A DNA stretch of 63,234 bases, filler included, from Octopus bimaculoides (Eukaryota), in assembly GCF_001194135.2 (NCBI RefSeq). It is 3 parts of 3 records of this genome, joined end to end, with 100 filler letters (N's around TTAATTAATTAA, not from the genome) between each part and the next. Parts side by side here need not be neighbours in the genome. Positions count along the whole stretch, not along the records: positions 1 to 27,845 come from NC_068982.1; 2 more parts are not named here. The stretch is one strand, 5' to 3'. The position numbers and the translations under genes are program-made. Under the pieces are notes generated by a model, which worked only from the letters and a program-made list of their open reading frames with translations, was not told where the DNA came from and ran no database searches. Shown here one piece after another: positions 11,295 through 24,350 of this stretch; positions within the stretch are counted from its first letter, which is position 1, and every line of letters starts with the position of its first letter.

Positions 11295-12261
11295 ATAGAT
11301 GTCGATCGATAAAAATGCAATATATACAATTTAAAACACAATATATACAATATACACACAGGGTTTGAAATACAATATATGCAATATATATGCATACACA
11401 CACATACACACACACACACGCACAAACACACACACACACACACACACACACTCCACACACATGTCCATAAATACACGTTGTTGAATGGCCGTGGTCTACA
11501 CTGTAGTTCTTCCGCCCTTTGACGAGTCTTATTTCTTGTCCCGCAGGATGTCCAACAATCACCCTCCACACCAAGCAAGCTTGCTGGCGTTGTTAGTTTA
11601 GTCGCCGACGACCCGACTATGTAATGCGTTGTACTGTATTACAAGGTACCAGCAGCGCTCAAAAGCGACTTGACATAAATATACATACATACATTCCTAT
11701 TTTGATTATGTTGCTAAACTCCAATGAAAAAGCCTTGTTTCTTGGTTGGAAGCAACCCTTTGTCTTTAAATACAGTGGGAATCTTATTCCTATGTGATGT
11801 AATAAATTCTTGTTATGCGTTATAATGTTCACCTTGCGTAGCTTGTTTCATCTTTTTTATTAATACTATATACAACTATACCAATATATATAATATATTA
11901 TGCTAAATATATACGTGTGACTTCTAGGACATTGTTGTCAATATCGCTTGATAATATAAATCTTGTAGGATCTTGACTGATCATATGGAGGAAGGCCATT
12001 AGTCTTACACTCTGTTCCATTACGTCACTTTTACAGTTTAATGTCCGACGGTGTATGCAGCTGTGCATATTCTCAGTTACTTGTCTGCTGAATACGTGAT
12101 TTATATACAATTTCCGGGTGGCTTTAGTTATTGAACTAAATAAGAAACTTTACACAAAATTCTTAAACTTTTTATTCATTCTTTTAATACTATATACTCG
12201 TACCTCTCCTAAGAGTATCATTCATATAATTGAGTATGCGTGGGTATATGTATACCATATG

Positions 12262-12320
<59 letters not shown>

Positions 12321-13989
12321 NNNNNNNNNNNNNNNNNNNNNNNNNNNNNNNNNNNNNNNNNNNNNNNNNNNNNNNNNNNNNNNNNNNNNNNNNNNNNNNN
12401 NNNNNNNNNNNNNNNNNNNNNNNNNNNNNNNNNNNNNNNNNNNNNNNNNNNNNNNNNNNNNNNNNNNNNNNNNNNNNNNNNNNNNNNNNNNNNNNNNNNN
12501 NNNNNNNNNNNNNNNNNNNNNNNNNNNNNNNNNNNNNNNNNNNNNNNNNNNNNNNNNNNNNNNNNNNNNNNNNNNNNNNNNNNNNNNNNNNNNNNNNNNN
12601 NNNNNNNNNNNNNNNNNNNNNNNNNNNNNNNNNNNNNNNNNNNNNNNNNNNNNNNNNNNNNNNNNNNNNNNNNNNNNNNNNNNNNNNNNNNNNNNNNNNN
12701 NNNNNNNNNNNNNNNNNNNNNNNNNNNNNNNNNNNNNNNNNNNNNNNNNNNNNNNNNNNNNNNNNNNNNNNNNNNNNNNNNNNNNNNNNNNNNNNNNNNN
12801 NNNNNNNNNNNNNNNNNNNNNNNGTGTGTGTGCGTGTGTGAGTGTGTGTGCGTGTGTGAGTGTGTGTGCAATTTGTCATTAGCTATAAAGTCTATATGGT
12901 TGCAGTTTTCTCTACTTTTGCTTCTTTTACCATTAATATTCCTGGCAATTATTATTATTATAGAAAAATTAAATGGCATGAAAGGCAATGATTACAGAAA
13001 TCACATCAGAAATCTCATACTTCATTCATTCCAGCGTCCACCAGATTGCTTCAGCCTTTGTCCAATGTGCAAAAATTCTGAGAGTATTGTCCAAATTATT
13101 CTAGCATAAAGTTTAAAGATCATCAACCATGGGTTCCAGGTTTTAAATTTTCGACAAAATCGAGATTATAGCACATTAAAACACTGTGACATAGCACTTT
13201 AACCTCAACTTTTCTTCTTGTATTCAACATTCTCCGAAAACAAATCGCAGACAAAGATTCGATATACTTCAAATTATATTTCCTTTGATTGTGATTCCAC
13301 CTGGTCCTCGAACACAAAGTCATTTTGCCAAACATCTTGATCTATTATCATCACCACTCTTAGTTTATGGAAAAAAAATCTAATCCTGTATCCCTTTTCA
13401 GGTTGTCGATGAATGTGAAATGACGTCTCCGGCGCTTGCCAGTACCATTTTGTGCATTCCAGAAGAAAAGTCTTAATGTTTCTTCTTCTTCTTCTTCTTC
13501 TTCTTCTTCTTTTTCCCTTCCTTTTTCTTCTTCTTCTTGGAGTTGCATGCAATGACCTGATACGCCAAGACGTAGTCCTCTGAACTTGTTAGTCTCTTTT
13601 GAAAAGCGTCCAAAAATATAGTCATTGCTCGGGGGTTACTGCTATTTTCATCCAGGTCCATTCGAAGCATTCTTGTATAACAGCCATCTAAAGTTTTGTT
13701 TGTTTGTTTGGCAAATCTCTTTACAAGAGTACTTATTCAGCTGTGGAAAGTCTGACTTACGTTCCCCCATGACAGGCTTGAGTGTTATCCCAGATTTTCT
13801 GCTTCTACGGTATCATATAATTTCTGTAGTTTGGTTTTGTTGGCTTGCAACTCCAAACCGTGTTCGTCTGTAGCTTTTGATTAGTAGGTTTCAAAAGCTT
13901 TTCGAACTTTTCAAGGTGCTGCAACAACCTTCGGGTCGGTTAATGGTTGCGAGTTTTTACAATACTAATCCTTAGACTTATGAACATAC

Positions 13990-14370
13990 AAGAGCTTGAT
14001 TACTCTCTTCAGATGGGCAAGCAGAATTCTTGTAAGAAGACACTCTAGCTCTATTATCCTGCGCAAGAAACAAGCAAGAAAAATTGGGATTTATCAGAGA
14101 TTGACGCAGATCATGCAGTTCGACCTAACCAACATTGACTTCGCTGATGATATAGCATTCTTTTCCAGGGAAATAGAGCAAGCGCGAAAATTTCTGCATA
14201 GTTTAGAGACATCAGCAAATAATATCGATTCCAATCACAAATATTAAGGGAACTGCACTTCGAGCAATAAACGGATCAACGATGAATCCAGTAGAGGATT
14301 TCAGCTATTGTGGTAGTTTGATAAACAGCTGTAATGCTGACATCAAAGTCAGAAAAGCACAAGATTAAAG
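13990..14370 (+). mobile_element. RTE-like LINE reverse transcriptase remnant
   Basis: LTNIDFADDIAFFSREIEQARKFLHSLETSA, then VEDFSYCGS..NADIKVRKAQ. Confidence 0.7.
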
Positions 14371-14511
14371 CGCTTATCCAATCTTGTGCTATGAGTTTTT
14401 TCTCTAATCTATTAACCTCATGGTTCTATGAGTAAAACACCTGTGCTATTATTATGTATAGAATTATAAATGAAGGCATGTAAATATGTGTGTGTAAGCA
14501 TATACATCTGT

Positions 14512-14610
<99 letters not shown>

Positions 14611-15432
14611 TATCCAACAAGTTCGGAGGAGACGGTAAGTTGATTACATTGACCCCAGTGTTCTATGTCGATGTAATCGATATAGAGCATAGAAATACTG
14701 AATACTGAGAAGAGAAAACATAGTTCCTTAACTTAAGAGCTGTTTTCTATATTTTGTATGTTATAGGGAAATATATTTGTATATGTGTGTGGGGGGGGTT
14801 TATGTGTGTATGTGCACGCGCGCGCGTGTGTGTGTTTGTAGAGGTGTACAGATTTTATACTTTGATAAAAGAACAAAGTAGACAGAAGTTGGAGAAATGC
14901 TGCAAATGAAGAAAAAATTTCGCATATTTTGGACAAAAAACAATTAATCATTTCATGATTTCTCTGATTAAACCAAGAATAAAATGATATCAACAATAAA
15001 CAGCTAGGTATTTCTGAACTGGTTTGACATCAAAACAACCAAGCAGAAATCTTTAGGTTTTTGACTCATTCTTAAATAAACTGCTGATATATATTTACGT
15101 ACACTGGAATCAATAAATAGTTAGCCCTTTTAGACAGCGTTCGTAAAATACACACCTTAAATACTCACCGCAAGCGCCCGCGCACGCACACACACACGCA
15201 CACACGCACACATTCATACATGCACATATATTCAAATCAATAAACAATTGGTCAGACTCTTAACTGGCCACTCCCAAGTATTCTCTGTCCAACCCTCAGA
15301 TCCAAGTAATCAAACTTATTAACAGTATTTAAATTTCTGACATTTTCGATAAACAACTGACATCCCTCTCATATAACTATTAAGCAAAAGTAATCAATTT
15401 ATCCATACTTTGGAAAATTTCTTTAAGAAATA

Positions 15433-15585
15433 GGCGCAAGTGTAGCTGTGTGGTAAGAAGTCTGTTTCCAATCTGCATAGTTCTGGGTTCAGTCCCACTT
15501 GGAAAAGTGTTTTCTACTATAGCCTTGCGCCGATGAAGGCCTTGTGAGTGGATCTGGTAGGCTGACACTGAAAGAATCCTGTAGT

Positions 15586-15590
<5 letters not shown>
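15433..15590 (+). mobile_element. SINE family A, 5' half running into (TG)n and a gap
   Basis: ggcgcaagtgtagctgtgtggtaagaag..gggttcagtcccact..ccttgtgagtggatctggtag. Confidence 0.85.
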
Positions 15591-15645
<55 letters not shown>

Positions 15646-15981
15646 NNNNNNNNNNNNNNNNNNNNNNNNNNNNNNNNNNNNNNNNNNNNNNNNNNNNNNN
15701 NNNNNNNNNNNNNNNNNNNNNNNNNNNNNNNNNNNNNNNNNNNNNNNNNNNNNNNNNNNNNNNNNNNNNNNNNNNNNNNNNNNNNNNNNNNNNNNNNNNN
15801 NNNNNNNNNNNNNNNNNNNNNNNNNNNNNNNNNNNNNNNNNNNNNNNNNNNNNNNNNNNNNNNNNNNNNNNNNNNNNNNNNNNNNNNNNNNNNNNNNNNN
15901 NNNNNNNNNNNNNNNNNNNNNNNNNNNNNNNNNNNNNNNNNNNNNNNNNNNNNNNNNNNNNNNNNNNNNNNNNNNNNNNNN

Positions 15982-16386
15982 NTAGAAGTTGTCCATAGTT
16001 CCCGATCGAAAGTCGTCTTGAACAGGCGAGTCAGATATTCCTCGTCGACGCCCAGGTTCGCCCCGAGATCGTCGTCGTACCTCCCTTCCACTAATTCCCT
16101 ATAGAATGTGTTGGTTGTGTTGCAGTCGCTCAAGGTGGACCCGGAACGGTATAGTTGCCCGAGAGCAACGCGACACTCACGGTGCCATTCGCCCTTCCTC
16201 GGCCTCTTTTTGATCCACGACTGCAGTTCGGTCATGGAGACGAGGTGCGTGGACGCGCACCTCACAAACGGCGACCACACCTGTTCACCGTCGTCTACGT
16301 AGAGCCGGAGATGTTGCAGTCTCAGTGCGTGCCTGCGCATCATCAACCACGGTATCCCCAGCCCTCCTTTTAACGGGTGTTGTCAA
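15982..16386 (-). mobile_element. Tx1/L1-clade LINE ORF2 fragment (post-RT region), 5'-truncated
   Basis: GC-rich island; translates QHPLKGGLGIPWLMMRRHALRLQHLRL..WHRECRVAL..FYRELVEGRYDDDLG..LFKTTF, then MDNF after a frameshift. The GGLG motif follows LINE RT domains; clade call is from recalled similarity. Confidence 0.7.
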
Positions 16387-16519
16387 GACAGACAGACAGA
16401 TAGAAAGATAGATAATTAAAAACAGATTAACTTACAACACCCCTAGATACAGTTGCAAGAAGATAGTGAATGGAAGCAAATACCGAAAAAGTAAAATAAC
16501 GATTACTTGTAAAAACAAT

Positions 16520-17040
16520 GAAAGTATTAAGTCTAATTGAAATATCAGGGCCACGCAAAGAATTTGATGAAGTTCAATCTACCAGAGGAAAAAGATCGGA
16601 AGGTGTGAAATCGAAGAGAGAAGTAATTTATTTGAATGCACTAGCTATAGTGGATTTTGTAAAATTAGACCCCGTTTGCAAAAATAAACATTACGTTAAG
16701 AACAAAACCTCGTTGTTTAAAGTGCAATAGTAATTTCAACTGCATTGTATGGGTGCGAAACATGGATGTCAAATACTGAAAGTGTGAATATGATTATGAC
16801 TTTTGGAATGAAAAGGTAGAGAAAGATGCATTGCATTCAGAGTGCAGATAATCGATGTGGTGTATACGTTTCTAGAAAAAATTGCAAACTTCAAAAGATC
16901 TCTACTGCAATTTTCCAAAATGTAGGCACTGTAACGCCTAGCCTTTAGAGGTCATATAAGCACAGATACATCGGTAAATTCGCATAGAAAAGCTTCTAAA
17001 GTAGTAATGAGCAGCATAAAGAAATTAACGGAGAGATAGT
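16520..17040 (+). mobile_element. Highly decayed RTE-like LINE remnant
   Basis: ttgtatgggtgcgaaacatgg = LYGCETW followed by MIMTFGMKR..MHCI; typical RTE post-RT motif. Confidence 0.5.
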
Positions 17041-17380
17041 GTAAAATATTAGGTTAGTTCGTGGAAAACGGCTGCATCTTTTAGCATGTAGAGGGCTCGG
17101 TGATATCGACTAAATCCCTTCCTCTCAAAACTGCTGATCTTGTGCTTAAATCAGAAACCTTTGTTATTGACAGATTAATAAACGGAAGTATTGATAGAAA
17201 TGTTGAACAAAAAGAAAACTGATGCTATTTTTTCCACGCTTGTCCTGAACTTAAATTTCGCAACGGCCAACTTTGCTTCTTATCTATTTGGGGTTACTAA
17301 AAGTAATCAACTTTACATTCTAGAAGTGGGTTTGTTTCACTGTTAGAAATCATTATTGTTGTTGCCATTTCTTTAGAACT

Positions 17381-17701
17381 GGCACTCTGTCGGTTACGAC
17401 AACGAGGGTTCCAGATGATCCGATCAACGGAACAGCTTGCTCCTGAAATTAACATGCAAGTGGCTGTGCACTTCACAAATACATGTACTTTTTACGTCGT
17501 TCTTAGGGGGATTCAGCGTGACAGAATGTGACAAAGCTGGCCCTTTAGGATACGAGTACTACTCATTTTTGCCAGCTAAGTGGACTGCAATAACGTGAAA
17601 TACAGTATCTTACTTAAGGATACAACGTGCAGCCAGGAATTAAACTCACGACCTTATTAGCGTGAGTCAAATACCTTAACCACGAAGCCACGCACGTTCA
17701 C
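17381..17701 (-). mobile_element. SINE family E: family D-like core plus family C-like tail
   Basis: ggcactctgtcggttacgac..gatccgatcaacggaacagc..attcagcgtgacag (reverse complement of the 26431-26812 tail) joined to ctcatttttgccagctaagtggact (core shared with 4803-5132). Confidence 0.75.
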
Positions 17702-19070
17702 CGTTTCTTTATAATTGTTATGAGAACTGACAACAGAAGCAATTTTGAGAAAGAAATGGGCACTCAATACAGTGCCCAAATAAATTCATTTAACAAATAA
17801 TGTTTGCCGAGATGCTGCTTTCTGTGCTCAACTCATACAGAAGTTGCCCTATCTTTTTTTTTTTCTTCAATGTCCTATAAGTACCAGTGTGACACAGGAA
17901 TTAATTAAATAAATAATATCTGACACAAAATGTATGACACTCTGTTTAATGCGTATTCAGGCCAGCCGGTCAAGTACTTAGAGTTATTTACTACTTAATC
18001 CTATTTCTATTTTGCGTTCAAATCTCAACATGTTCAAACGTGACAACTTCCTTCTAGGGTTGATGATAAGTAAATATCAAGTGTTAAGTTATTTTAATCG
18101 ACTGTTCTTGACTTGGCCTGATGCCAAGTTGCAGGTCCATCTTACTGGAGAAAAAATATTCTTGGTCAGGGTGAGAAAAGTGTATTATTCTTGGAACAGA
18201 GCAGAACTGAAGAAATAATGCTAATGCAATGAATTAAAATTACGAGTTCAAATTCCATTGCGGCCAACACTTCTTACATATTTTTCGGATTTCACAAATG
18301 GGGTATTATTAATATAGTGAGATAAATATTAAGGTCGTTTAAGGTCGCTTCGTAACAACAAGGTGTCGAGTGCCAACCCATTTCCTGACGCATTATTCAA
18401 CCCAAAGATGTGGTAGGATGTGGCCATCATTTACCCTAGCCTTGGGTTAACCAATAGATTGTGAGCAGAAATTGGCAGACCGAAATTGCGCGTGCAGACA
18501 CATACACACATATGCTGACGTCATAAGAATCTATAAACGTTCGACAGAACGCGGAATATTTTGTGTGTGTGTATCTCTGAGTACATAAAGAGCTATAAGC
18601 AATACCATGTAAATATTGGGTGGCAACCTTTGGCTGTTTGCATCCAAAACGGTTTTTCAGCTACTGTTTATAGGTTTGTTTGTGCGTCGTGAACCAATTC
18701 CCCAAAAGCATTATTCTATATATACTTGTGCACGTCTCTCTCTCCATATATATATATATANNNNNNNNNNNNNNNNNNNNNNNNNNNNNNNNNNNNNNNN
18801 NNNNNNNNNNNNNNNNNNNNNNNNNNNNNNNNNNNNNNNNNNNNNNNNNNNNNNNNNNNNNNNNNNNNNNNNNNNNNNNNNNNNNNNNNNNNNNNNNNNN
18901 NNNNNNNNNNNNNNNNNNNNNNNNNNNNNNNNNNNNNNNNNNNNNNNNNNNNNNNNNNNNNNNNNNNNNNNNNNNNNNNNNNNNNNNNNNNNNNNNNNNN
19001 NNNNNNNNNNNNNNNNNNNNNNNNNNNNNNNNNNNNNNNNNNNNNNNNNNNNNNNNNNNNNNNNNNNNNA

Positions 19071-19290
19071 ACAAAGCTAGCCCTTTGAAATACAGGTACA
19101 ACAGAAACAAGAGTGAGAGAAAGTTGTGGTGAAAGAGTACAGCAGGGTTCGCCACCATCACCTGCCGGAGCCTCGTGGAGCATTAGGTGTTTTCGCTCAA
19201 TAAACACTCACAACGCCCGGTCTGACAATCGAAACCGCGACCCTACTCCGCGAGTCCGCTGCCCTAACTACTGGGCTATTGCGCCTCCAG
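19071..19290 (-). mobile_element. SINE family C, 5' portion (3' part in the gap)
   Basis: Reverse complement of 26431-26660. Confidence 0.9.
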
Positions 19291-19316
19291 TATATATGCT
19301 TGTATGTATGCGTGTG

Positions 19317-19365
<49 letters not shown>

Positions 19366-19841
19366 GTATATACAATATTTAACTCGCTTGCATACAAACA
19401 GATGTGGGGAAACTTTTACTTAAGTAATTGTCTCAGAAAAGATATACTTATTATAGACAATGTGAGTAAAAACATATCGAGGCTGTAAGATACGTGATTT
19501 TGCATAGCTACAGTTCATCAGCTGTAGACACACTGATGCAGTCGTTAACACCTCAATAAGTACAGTTTTTCTTATACGTAAACATCTTTAAGTGCGGAAT
19601 GAACGACGAACAGGTGTCTGTAGTTGATGAAGCGTAACTAGACAGAAAGTGTTCAGGTTTTAGCGGTCCTCGGTATGTGGCGGAAACAACGCGGTGAGGT
19701 GTATGGTGAAAATATTTAGTGAATGACGCACATGATTGCTCCAGAAAGTGGAGTTTCAGATATTTTAAGGAGGAGGTGATACCCATCTTGTTTTTCAGAG
19801 GAGCAACAGTAGTTGTAACAATATGTGAAGAAGATTTTTTT

Positions 19842-19973
19842 TTCTAGTCTAGGCATAAGGCCCAAATTTTGGTGGGAGGGGACCAGTCGATTAGACCGAC
19901 ACCTGTATGCAACTGGTACTTAATTTATCGACCCCGAAAGAATGAAAGGCAAAGTCGACCGCAGCGGAACTTA
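19842..19973 (-). mobile_element. SINE family B, 3' portion
   Basis: ctggtacttaatttatcgaccccgaaagaatgaaaggcaaagtcgacc. Confidence 0.85.
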
Positions 19974-20060
19974 ATATGTGAAGAATAAGGGTCATAAATT
20001 GTTGCTTTTTGGCAATTGAAGAATTGTTGCAACTAAACTGTAATCGATACGTATAGATTA

Positions 20061-20282
20061 TTATTAAATACAGTAGTGTCTGCTTTGCAGAGTCTCAGAA
20101 ACATTTCAGAGCTGAAGTGTTTCAAAAGAGAGCGCAGTAATTCTGAAAGTTTTTAATAGCATATGCCTTACATTAAGGTGGTGAGCTAGTAGAAACGTTA
20201 GCACGCCGCGCTCTCTTTTGAAACACTTCAGGTCTAAAATGTTTCTGAGACTCTGCAAAGCAGACAATGCTGTATTTAATAA
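20061..20282. repeat. 75-bp inverted repeat (20061-20135 / 20208-20282)
   Basis: Arms differ at about 4 positions; the 72-nt spacer includes a SINE B head. Confidence 0.9.
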
Positions 20283-20660
20283 GGCGGCGAGCTGGCAGAA
20301 ACGTTAGCACGCCGTTACATTCTGAATTCAAATTCCGCCGAGGTTGACTTTGCCTTTCATTCTTTCGGGGTCGATAAATTAAGTACCAGTTACGCACTGG
20401 AGTCGATGTAATCGAATTAATCCCCTTGTCTGTCTTGGTTTGTCCCTTCCATTTTTAGCCCCTTGTGGGCAATAAAGAAATAAGAAACGCTAGCACGCCG
20501 GGCGAAATGCTTTGCAGTATTTCATCTGTCTTTACGCCGGGGTCAACTTTGCCTTCCATCCTTTCGGAGTCGATATATAAGTACCATTTGCATACTGGGG
20601 ATGATCTAATCAACTGGCTCCTCCTCAAAAATTTCGAGCCTTGTACATAGAGTAGAAAAT
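20175..20660 (+). mobile_element. Composite SINE B insertion: head fragment, inverted flank copy, full SINE (20281-20485), second headless SINE (20486-20660)
   Basis: aaggtggtgagctagtagaaacgttagcacgccg at 20175; aaggcggcgagctggcagaaacgttagcacgccg at 20281; gaaacgctagcacgccgggcg at about 20484; ttacatt at 20168-20174 and 20669-20675 is a possible TSD. Confidence 0.8.
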
Positions 20661-22133
20661 AATATATTTTACATTGTTAGGTATCATCTTTCGATCCGCC
20701 TCTAGAGTTGACCACATGACCTGTTCCTTAGAAGCCCTTAACTGAGTGTATTCTCCATAACTTTTCAGAGCTGAAGTGTTCGTTGCTGTTAAAGACCATA
20801 TAACGTTTTTAATATTATTTTGTAGAATCTAGAAGATACAGCAGTATAAGGAAATATATATTTTAGTGTGTTTACTGTTATAATTTCATCTGTGACTCAA
20901 TTTTACAACACCATTTGACACTCGGGTGTCTTCAGCGGAGCTGAATCTATCTATAGAAGGCATTCAAACAAAGACTTTTATCGTAGGATAGTTGCGCTAC
21001 CTCTCAAGTGAATTATGATTGATTCGTCATTTTTATGTTTTTTTTTTTTTTGTTTTTTTAGATCTCCCATCAGTCCCTGAACACAAGTCGGCAATATAGC
21101 AAAGAGGTTTCAAAATCCGCTCGGTCGAAGCCACCACTCTCTTTAATACCCTGCACAATTCATAAATGTCACAACTTTCCATAGTATATAAGAAAACATC
21201 CCAACGTTCCTAGTCAATAATAACCAACGCTGTTCAGGAAAATGTGCTGTTCGCTACTTCACATTGATTAACCCAGAATGGTGAGTTCGCAAACCGGTTT
21301 TCATCTCAGGTTCATTTACTTTGATAATGAAGTTAAGGTAAGTGAAGATGTCATTTACAAATGAGATTTGGAGGCATTCATCCATTTGCTAAATTATTTG
21401 GCAGCGCAAGTGAAGTGAAATTTCTTCAACAGGGAATTGAAACCATTTACCGATGTGCATATGCAAGCACGTGATTCAGTATATCTGTTCCAGTATTGTT
21501 GTTTCTGTTTGGAGTGAAGTGGTGTGGTATGTTTAGATCGGCGTAATAATATCGAACGATGGGAAGACGAGATGTGAAGGAGAAAGAAAGGAAGAGAGAA
21601 ACAAAGAGAGAATGGAATTATGAATTAATTCGATTGATATTGTGTGCGTGTGTGTTCGTATGTATGTGTCTATATATATATATATATATACACACACACG
21701 CATTCATACATACATATATATATACTGTATATATATATATATATATATATNNNNNNNNNNNNNNNNNNNNNNNNNNNNNNNNNNNNNNNNNNNNNNNNNN
21801 NNNNNNNNNNNNNNNNNNNNNNNNNNNNNNNNNNNNNNNNNNNNNNNNNNNNNNNNNNNNNNNNNNNNNNNNNNNNNNNNNNNNNNNNNNNNNNNNNNNN
21901 NNNNNNNNNNNNNNNNNNNNNNNNNNNNNNNNNNNNNNNNNNNNNNNNNNNNNNNNNNNNNNNNNNNNNNNNNNNNNNNNNNNNNNNNNNNNNNNNNNNN
22001 NNNNNNNNNNNNNNNNNNNNNNNNNNNNNNNNNNNNNNNNNNNNNNNNNNNNNNNNNNNNNNNNNNNNNNNNNNNNNNNNNNNNNNNNNNNNNNNNNNNN
22101 NNNNNNNNNNNNNNNNNNNNNNNNNNNNNNNNN

Positions 22134-22200
<67 letters not shown>

Positions 22201-23136
22201 ACACAGACACACACATATTGCTATGAGACAGACTTTGTATGTGTCTGTGTAAACATATATGTGTGCGAGTATGTTAAGAGAAGGAAAACTTATATAAACT
22301 TTTTTCATACAAATTTTACACAACTGCTCCGAGCTAAGCGTTAATCCAGGCCATTTCGGATTAACGCCACTTCTTAAATAAGTTAACTGGAAGACAGATG
22401 CAGAAATACAACACCGAAAACAAAATGAAAAAAAACCGAACCAACCAACCAACAAAACAAAAGCAACCTAACAAAACAAATTATAATCCAAATCCGCTCA
22501 CGTATAGAATCCAAGAAATTGAAGAAAGGTTTCTCCTGCCTGGTTTCTTGCTTTCAGGCAATAATATAATGTTGGTAATGATTGGTTACGACAGCTTCAA
22601 CTGGCAGAGAAGAACTAAACTCTGTCAAAGCAATGCACTGTTCAAGAATTATTTACTTTAACGATTCTTGTTCAAAAACAAACACTGTGAGTTCTGAAGC
22701 CATATTAAGGCCTCTTGAAAAATATCACTGCTAGGTGAAAATCTAATTCTATAGATGGCTTTTGTTTCGTTTCCCATGGGGTGTGAATTCCTTCATTGAT
22801 TTACCGATTCTCAGACAAGACTGAATAAATAGTTCAAGATCGTTCGATCGCAATTCAAAAGTGAGCAGTAAGAAAGGAGTTAAGAAAGAATCGTCGTGTT
22901 GGTATATGCGTATGTTTATGTGTATGTGTGTGTGTGTGTTTGTGGGTGGTGTATGGGTGTGTGTGCGTGTCGATACATGTGTGTGTATGTGTGTGCGTGG
23001 GTGTGCGTATGTTTGATTGCATACTTGCATAAATTATAAGAAAAGGAAAATTACTATTTTTCCATATGTAGCTATATATGTATCAACATCTGCAATGTAT
23101 ATATACTCATATAGTACATATGCGTGTGCATATACA

Positions 23137-23183
<47 letters not shown>

Positions 23184-23255
23184 ATGTGTGCGTATGTATA
23201 TGTGTATGTATACATGTATATGTGTGTATGTATGTATATATGTGTGTGTGTGTGT

Positions 23256-23290
<35 letters not shown>

Positions 23291-24059
23291 TACGCATGTA
23301 TGTATACATGTATGTAGGTATGTATGGGTATATGTATATATGCAGGTATGTATATATGTATGTATTTTTGTGTATGTGTGTGCATGAATCAATGTATCTA
23401 ATGATAAATACATATACACATATGCATATACATATGTGCATCTATCTGTTTTTGTATTCCCACCAATTAAATACATATATGGATTTGTTTAGTTCCAATA
23501 AATTAGCAGTTCAGCAAACGTTACCGATAGATGCAAAACCGGACTTGTTCGAATGAACACTTCAATGCGGTTTGGCATGACCGCAGTCCAGTGACTGGAA
23601 CAAGTAGAAGATAAACAATATATACATATATAAGTATTCAGAGAGTGAGAGAGTTGAGGTGACTGAAAGAGTGACAAGAAAAATTTAGAAAAGCACTTTA
23701 AGAAAACCTATTTACAATTACATAACTGGTTTCATATTGTTTATGATTTTCAAAAGCAGTGTAATATGAAGTATCGTGGGGCTATACCCCATTTCTCTAA
23801 ACTAAATTTGTAGTGTGTGTTTATCACAGATTTGCTTGTTTGACACTTTCTGTTTTTCTTTTATCAACGATTTCGTTGAAAATTTCCAAACAACGCGTTA
23901 TGTTTTAAAATTTCGTTAATTGGTTTGTATCATTCTGACGTCAAACTGTCAGTCACTTTTTCTGTCCAAAGCACAGTCAGTTCTTGGATGACGTCAGTAT
24001 TCAGTTGGGAAATTATGTTTTCTGGTTTCTACATTTCTGGGTTTTTTTTTTTCTTTTTG

Positions 24060-24350
24060 AGGTGGTTTAATCAAATATTTTATTGAAGATTTCTAAACAA
24101 CACGTTAAACAGAGACCACTGCATATCTGTCCAATATGTTCTTATAGCTTCTCTCCCTCTAGTTGTGAGGTCCTTGATTTTCTGCTAAGTAATGTGATGG
24201 CCTAAATGGTTTCTGAGCTTGCTTGCGACTACATCGGTACTGAAAACAATTAACGAAGGCATGGTACATTCTACTAAGCGATACTTGTTTGTAGTGATGG
24301 TTATGTTTTTTTCTTTATGGTTGTATACGTATTTCGCTCCATTACATATA
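24060..24350 (-). mobile_element. Possible highly decayed PLE GIY-YIG remnant
   Basis: Minus strand QKIKDLTTR..EHIGQICSG resembles QQIRDPTTR..EHLD.CA of the other PLE copies. Confidence 0.35.

Noticed and set aside
13000-13110. LCPMCKNSESIVQIIL as a LINE zinc finger
   Set aside because: The His and final Cys are missing and there are no flanking LINE motifs; too weak to call.
13430-13570. (TTC)n with flanks resembling 46350-46430
   Set aside because: Similarity beyond the repeat is only a few bases; insufficient for a shared family.
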